DNA of 64,000 nucleotides from Candidatus Kapaibacterium sp. (GTDB lineage Bacteria; Bacteroidota; Ignavibacteria; Kapaibacteriales; UBA2268): NCBI GenBank assembly GCA_963665665.1, contig OY762428.1, positions 1,504,001 to 1,568,000 of the forward strand, read 5' to 3'. Shown piece by piece: positions 63,375 to 64,000 of this stretch (position 1 is its first letter; each line of letters starts with the position of its first letter). The notes under the pieces were generated by a model. It saw only the letters and a program-made list of their open reading frames with translations, ran no database searches and was not told where the DNA came from. The position numbers and the translations under genes were made by a program.

Positions 63375-63446
63375 TGTCATTCTGAGCGCAGTGAAGAATC
63401 CAGTATTAATGCGGGTTATGGACTCTTCGCTACGCTCAGAGTGACA
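63375..63446. repeat. Palindromic REP/MITE-like repeat (TGTCATTCTGAGC...GCTCAGAGTGACA family)
   Basis: ~27-bp arms TGTCATTCTGAGCGCAGTGAAGAATCC / GGACTCTTCGCTACGCTCAGAGTGACA. Confidence 0.8.
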
Positions 63447-63472
63447 GCATTACAAGCTTATGAGTCAGCCCA

Positions 63473-63523
63473 ATCTTCTCTGTATTTTAAAGACACATGA
63501 AACGGAAAAAGGTCTCAGAGAGA
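63473..63523. repeat. 51-bp direct repeat, copy 2
   Basis: 47/51 identical to 61396-61446. Confidence 0.85.
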
Positions 63524-63790
63524 ATTATATTTTTTAGAAACTCTTTAAAATTTGAAATTTTTAATTGATAACAACGATTAATAGTTAACAAAGTATTATT
63601 TCACAATATATTACAGGAAATTACCAGGAAGTTCATATTGCAGAAAATGATCGAATTGGCCAGAAATTTCCCAATTAGTTAATTTCAATAAAAAAAATTA
63701 TATTACGTGTGAGAATATAGCAGGCAGATGTTAAAGAACTTACAGCCAATCAATAAGAAGGCTGGCTTTTGTTAATAAAATGATAAAAAT

Positions 63791-64000
63791 ATGAATAACC
63801 AAACCACAATATCGATTGATTTTCCGGCAGACATCTTTCTGGCATTGAATAAAGACGAAGTTGAAATAAAGAAGGATATCAAATTATCTTTGGCTATGCG
63901 GTTATTCCAGCAACAAAAGCTAACTATTGGCAAAGCTGCACAATTGGCTGGCCTTTCCCGTCTTGATTTTGAGACTATTCTTTCAGAAAACAGGATCCCC
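63791..64000 (+). CDS. UPF0175 family predicted antitoxin; runs off the right edge
   Basis: Hand translation MNNQTTISIDFPADIFLALN...LAMRLFQQQKLTIGKAAQLAGLSRLDFETILSENRIP. Confidence 0.82.
   Translation, partial: MNNQTTISIDFPADIFLALNKDEVEIKKDIKLSLAMRLFQQQKLTIGKAAQLAGLSRLDFETILSENRIP

Overview
Bacterial chromosomal window of about 38-40% GC (by eye), most likely FCB group (Kapabacteria/Ignavibacteria/Bacteroidota-like, inferred from several type IX secretion C-terminal domains and the gene content). The backbone carries a partial fadF-like Fe-S oxidoreductase, asnS, relA, a TPP-riboswitch-controlled thiS-C-(tenI-like)-E-G-H-F operon, tRNA-Thr(CGT), xerC, pepF, cstA, dnaA, a P-type ATPase and an ECF sigma / anti-sigma / lipoprotein trio. 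The main accessory feature is a ~16.6 kb genomic island (15232-31875) integrated at tRNA-Thr(CGT). It is bounded by 137-bp direct repeats and arm-type motifs, and only the C-terminal part of its tyrosine integrase survives, next to an IS3 element. The island holds two large T9SS-type secreted proteins and a decaying defence-like array: an R-M tail remnant, rhuM, a four-helix-bundle gene, a yhcG pseudogene, a toxin-antitoxin-SecB chaperone (TAC) module with a nonsense-broken toxin, an HNH nuclease and a NucS-like nuclease. Short direct repeats and 3-nt-spacer palindromes mark several gene junctions in this array, suggesting cassette-wise assembly. Other notable items are a low-GC orphan cholesterol-dependent-cytolysin-like gene, a CsrA-sponge-like GGA-rich 3' element, a dual-membrane anti-sigma factor and a 51-bp repeat flanking a T9SS cargo gene. 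All family assignments come from motif recognition by eye; no database search was run.
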